From Lama guanicoe (taxonomy: Eukaryota), in assembly GCA_013239625.1 (NCBI GenBank), contig MU053823.1:147698-211697 (forward strand): a stretch of DNA of 64,000 nt. Reading direction: 5' to 3'. This document shows positions 62,291 to 64,000 of the stretch, piece by piece (position 1 is the stretch's first letter; each line of letters opens with the position of its first letter). Both the position numbers and the translations under genes were made by a program. The notes under the pieces are model-generated. The model saw only the letters and a list, made by a program, of their open reading frames with translations. It was not told where the DNA came from and made no database searches.

Positions 62291-62949
62291 AGGGGAGGAA
62301 AAATTGGTAATTATGTGATGTCATAATGGTGTTAGCTAATGCTATGGCCATAATCATTCTGCAATATGTAAGTGTATCAAATCAACATATTGTGCGTCTT
62401 AAACATATAATGTTGTATGTCAATTATATCTCAACAAAGCTGGAGGAAAAACAAATGAGAGACAATCTACAAAATAACTGACCTATAACCTTTTAAAAGC
62501 AATTTCACGAAAGACAAAGTGTGAAGAACTGTTTTAAATTGAAGATGAGTGAAAAACCACAATGAAGAAATACAATGTGTGATTTTGGATTAGGCTCTGG
62601 TCTGGGCTGGAGGGAGGCAGGAGAATGACTGAGATTGCCATTAGGTTACTGGAACAGGCCCGCTGATGAAATCTGAGTATGTAATGTATAGTAAATAACA
62701 GTGTTGCATCAATGTTAACTTTTCTGAGTTTGTTTTTTTTTTTAATATAGCTGTCTGTTCTTGTTCTTAGGAAATACACACTGAAGCACTTAGGGTTAAA
62801 GGGGCCTGATCTTTACAACTAACTCTCAAATTGTTCAGGAAAAGCAAATGTACCAAAATGTTAATAATTGATGAATCTAGGTGAAGTGCACTCAAAAGAC
62901 TTTGCACTATTTTGTAACTCTTCTGTACATTTGAAATTATTAAACAATG

Positions 62950-64000
62950 TCTTAATACCCAAAAAATCAATCAGTGTAATCTGCCACATGAATAGGATGA
63001 AGGGGGAAAATGTGATCATCTCAATAGTTGCAGAAGAAGCATTTAACAAAATCCAACACCCTTTTATGATAAAACACTCATGAACTAGGAAGAGAAGGAA
63101 GTTTCCACAACATAATGAAGGATACATATGGAAAACCCACAGCTAACACTATACTCAATGGTGAAAGAATGAAAGCTTTCCCCTGCAGATCAGGAAAAGA
63201 GAAGAATGCACACTTTTGCCACTTCTGGCTACAACTTCTACAACCGAACACTCAGACAAGGAAAAGAAATAAAAGGCATCCCCCTTGGAAAAGAAGAAGT
63301 AAAACTTCCTCAATTTGTAGATGGCACAATATATAGAAAACCTTAAGAATCCACACCAAAAAAATTAAAAGGCTAGCTCTGATAAACAAACTCAGCAAGT
63401 CACATGAAACAAAAATAAACACACAAAATCAGTTGTATTTCTATATACTAGCAACAAACAATCTAAGTAGGAAATTGAGAAAATAATGTTATTTACAATG
63501 GCATCAAAAAGGATAAATACTTAGGATTAAGTTTCACCAAGAAGGTGGCAAGACTTGAACACTGAAAACTACAAATGTTACTGGAAGAAATTAAGTAAAC
63601 AGAAAGATATTCCATGTTCATGGATTGGAAACTTACTGCTATTAAGATGATAAAGCAATTTATACAGAGATTCATTGATACCTCTATCAAAATTTCAACA
63701 GTGTTTTGTGAAGAAATAATGTGAAAACTCATCCTAAAATGCATATGCAATTTCTAGGGACCCTGAAGCCAAACCAATCTTGAAAAAGAAGAACAAATGT
63801 AAAGGACTCACACTTTCTGATTCAAAACTTAACTACAAAGCTACAGTATACAAAACAACATAGTCCTGTCATAAAGATAGATGTACAGACCAATGGCATA
63901 GAATTGAAAACACAGAAATAAACCCTCACATCTATTGTCAATTGATTTTTGACAAGGATGCCAGGATCATTTAATGTAGAAAGAACAATCTCTTCAATAA
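62950..64000 (+). mobile_element. Degraded L1 ORF2 fragment
   Basis: ORF remnants [20 protein letters not shown] and YGKPTANTILNGERMKAFP resemble L1 reverse transcriptase. Confidence 0.88.

Noticed and set aside
1..64000. CRISPR arrays or other prokaryotic systems
   Set aside because: Spliced mammalian genes and interspersed repeats throughout; no repeat-spacer arrays

Overview
Mammalian genomic DNA from the alpha-macroglobulin cluster; the tRNA-Ala-derived SINEs suggest a camelid. All genes are on the + strand. (1) 1-5425: the last nine exons (28-36) of an A2M-family paralogue of the PZP-like/alpha-1-macroglobulin type, intact except for an in-frame TAG at 3296-3298 in exon 33. (2) About 12500-12930: an orphan PZP-like promoter plus signal-peptide exon 1 (ATG 12770, MGKDRLHSCLTLFLLVLMSINTSASAGP, donor CC|GTAAGT). 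I found no downstream exons of its own, but it is in frame with A2M both at exon 2 and at an AG just before the A2M ATG. This candidate promoter-capture/alternative-first-exon system is the most interesting signal in the window. (3) 22297-57469: a complete 36-exon A2M (4443-nt CDS, 1480 aa) with an intact GCGEQ thioester, bait region and receptor-binding domain. The rest is intron/intergenic DNA with L1 fragments, SINEs, a near full-length Tigger1 in intron 18, a Tigger2/MER8-type MITE and microsatellites. Exon boundaries were read by hand. Family assignments and cross-species comparisons rely on recalled sequences, not database searches.
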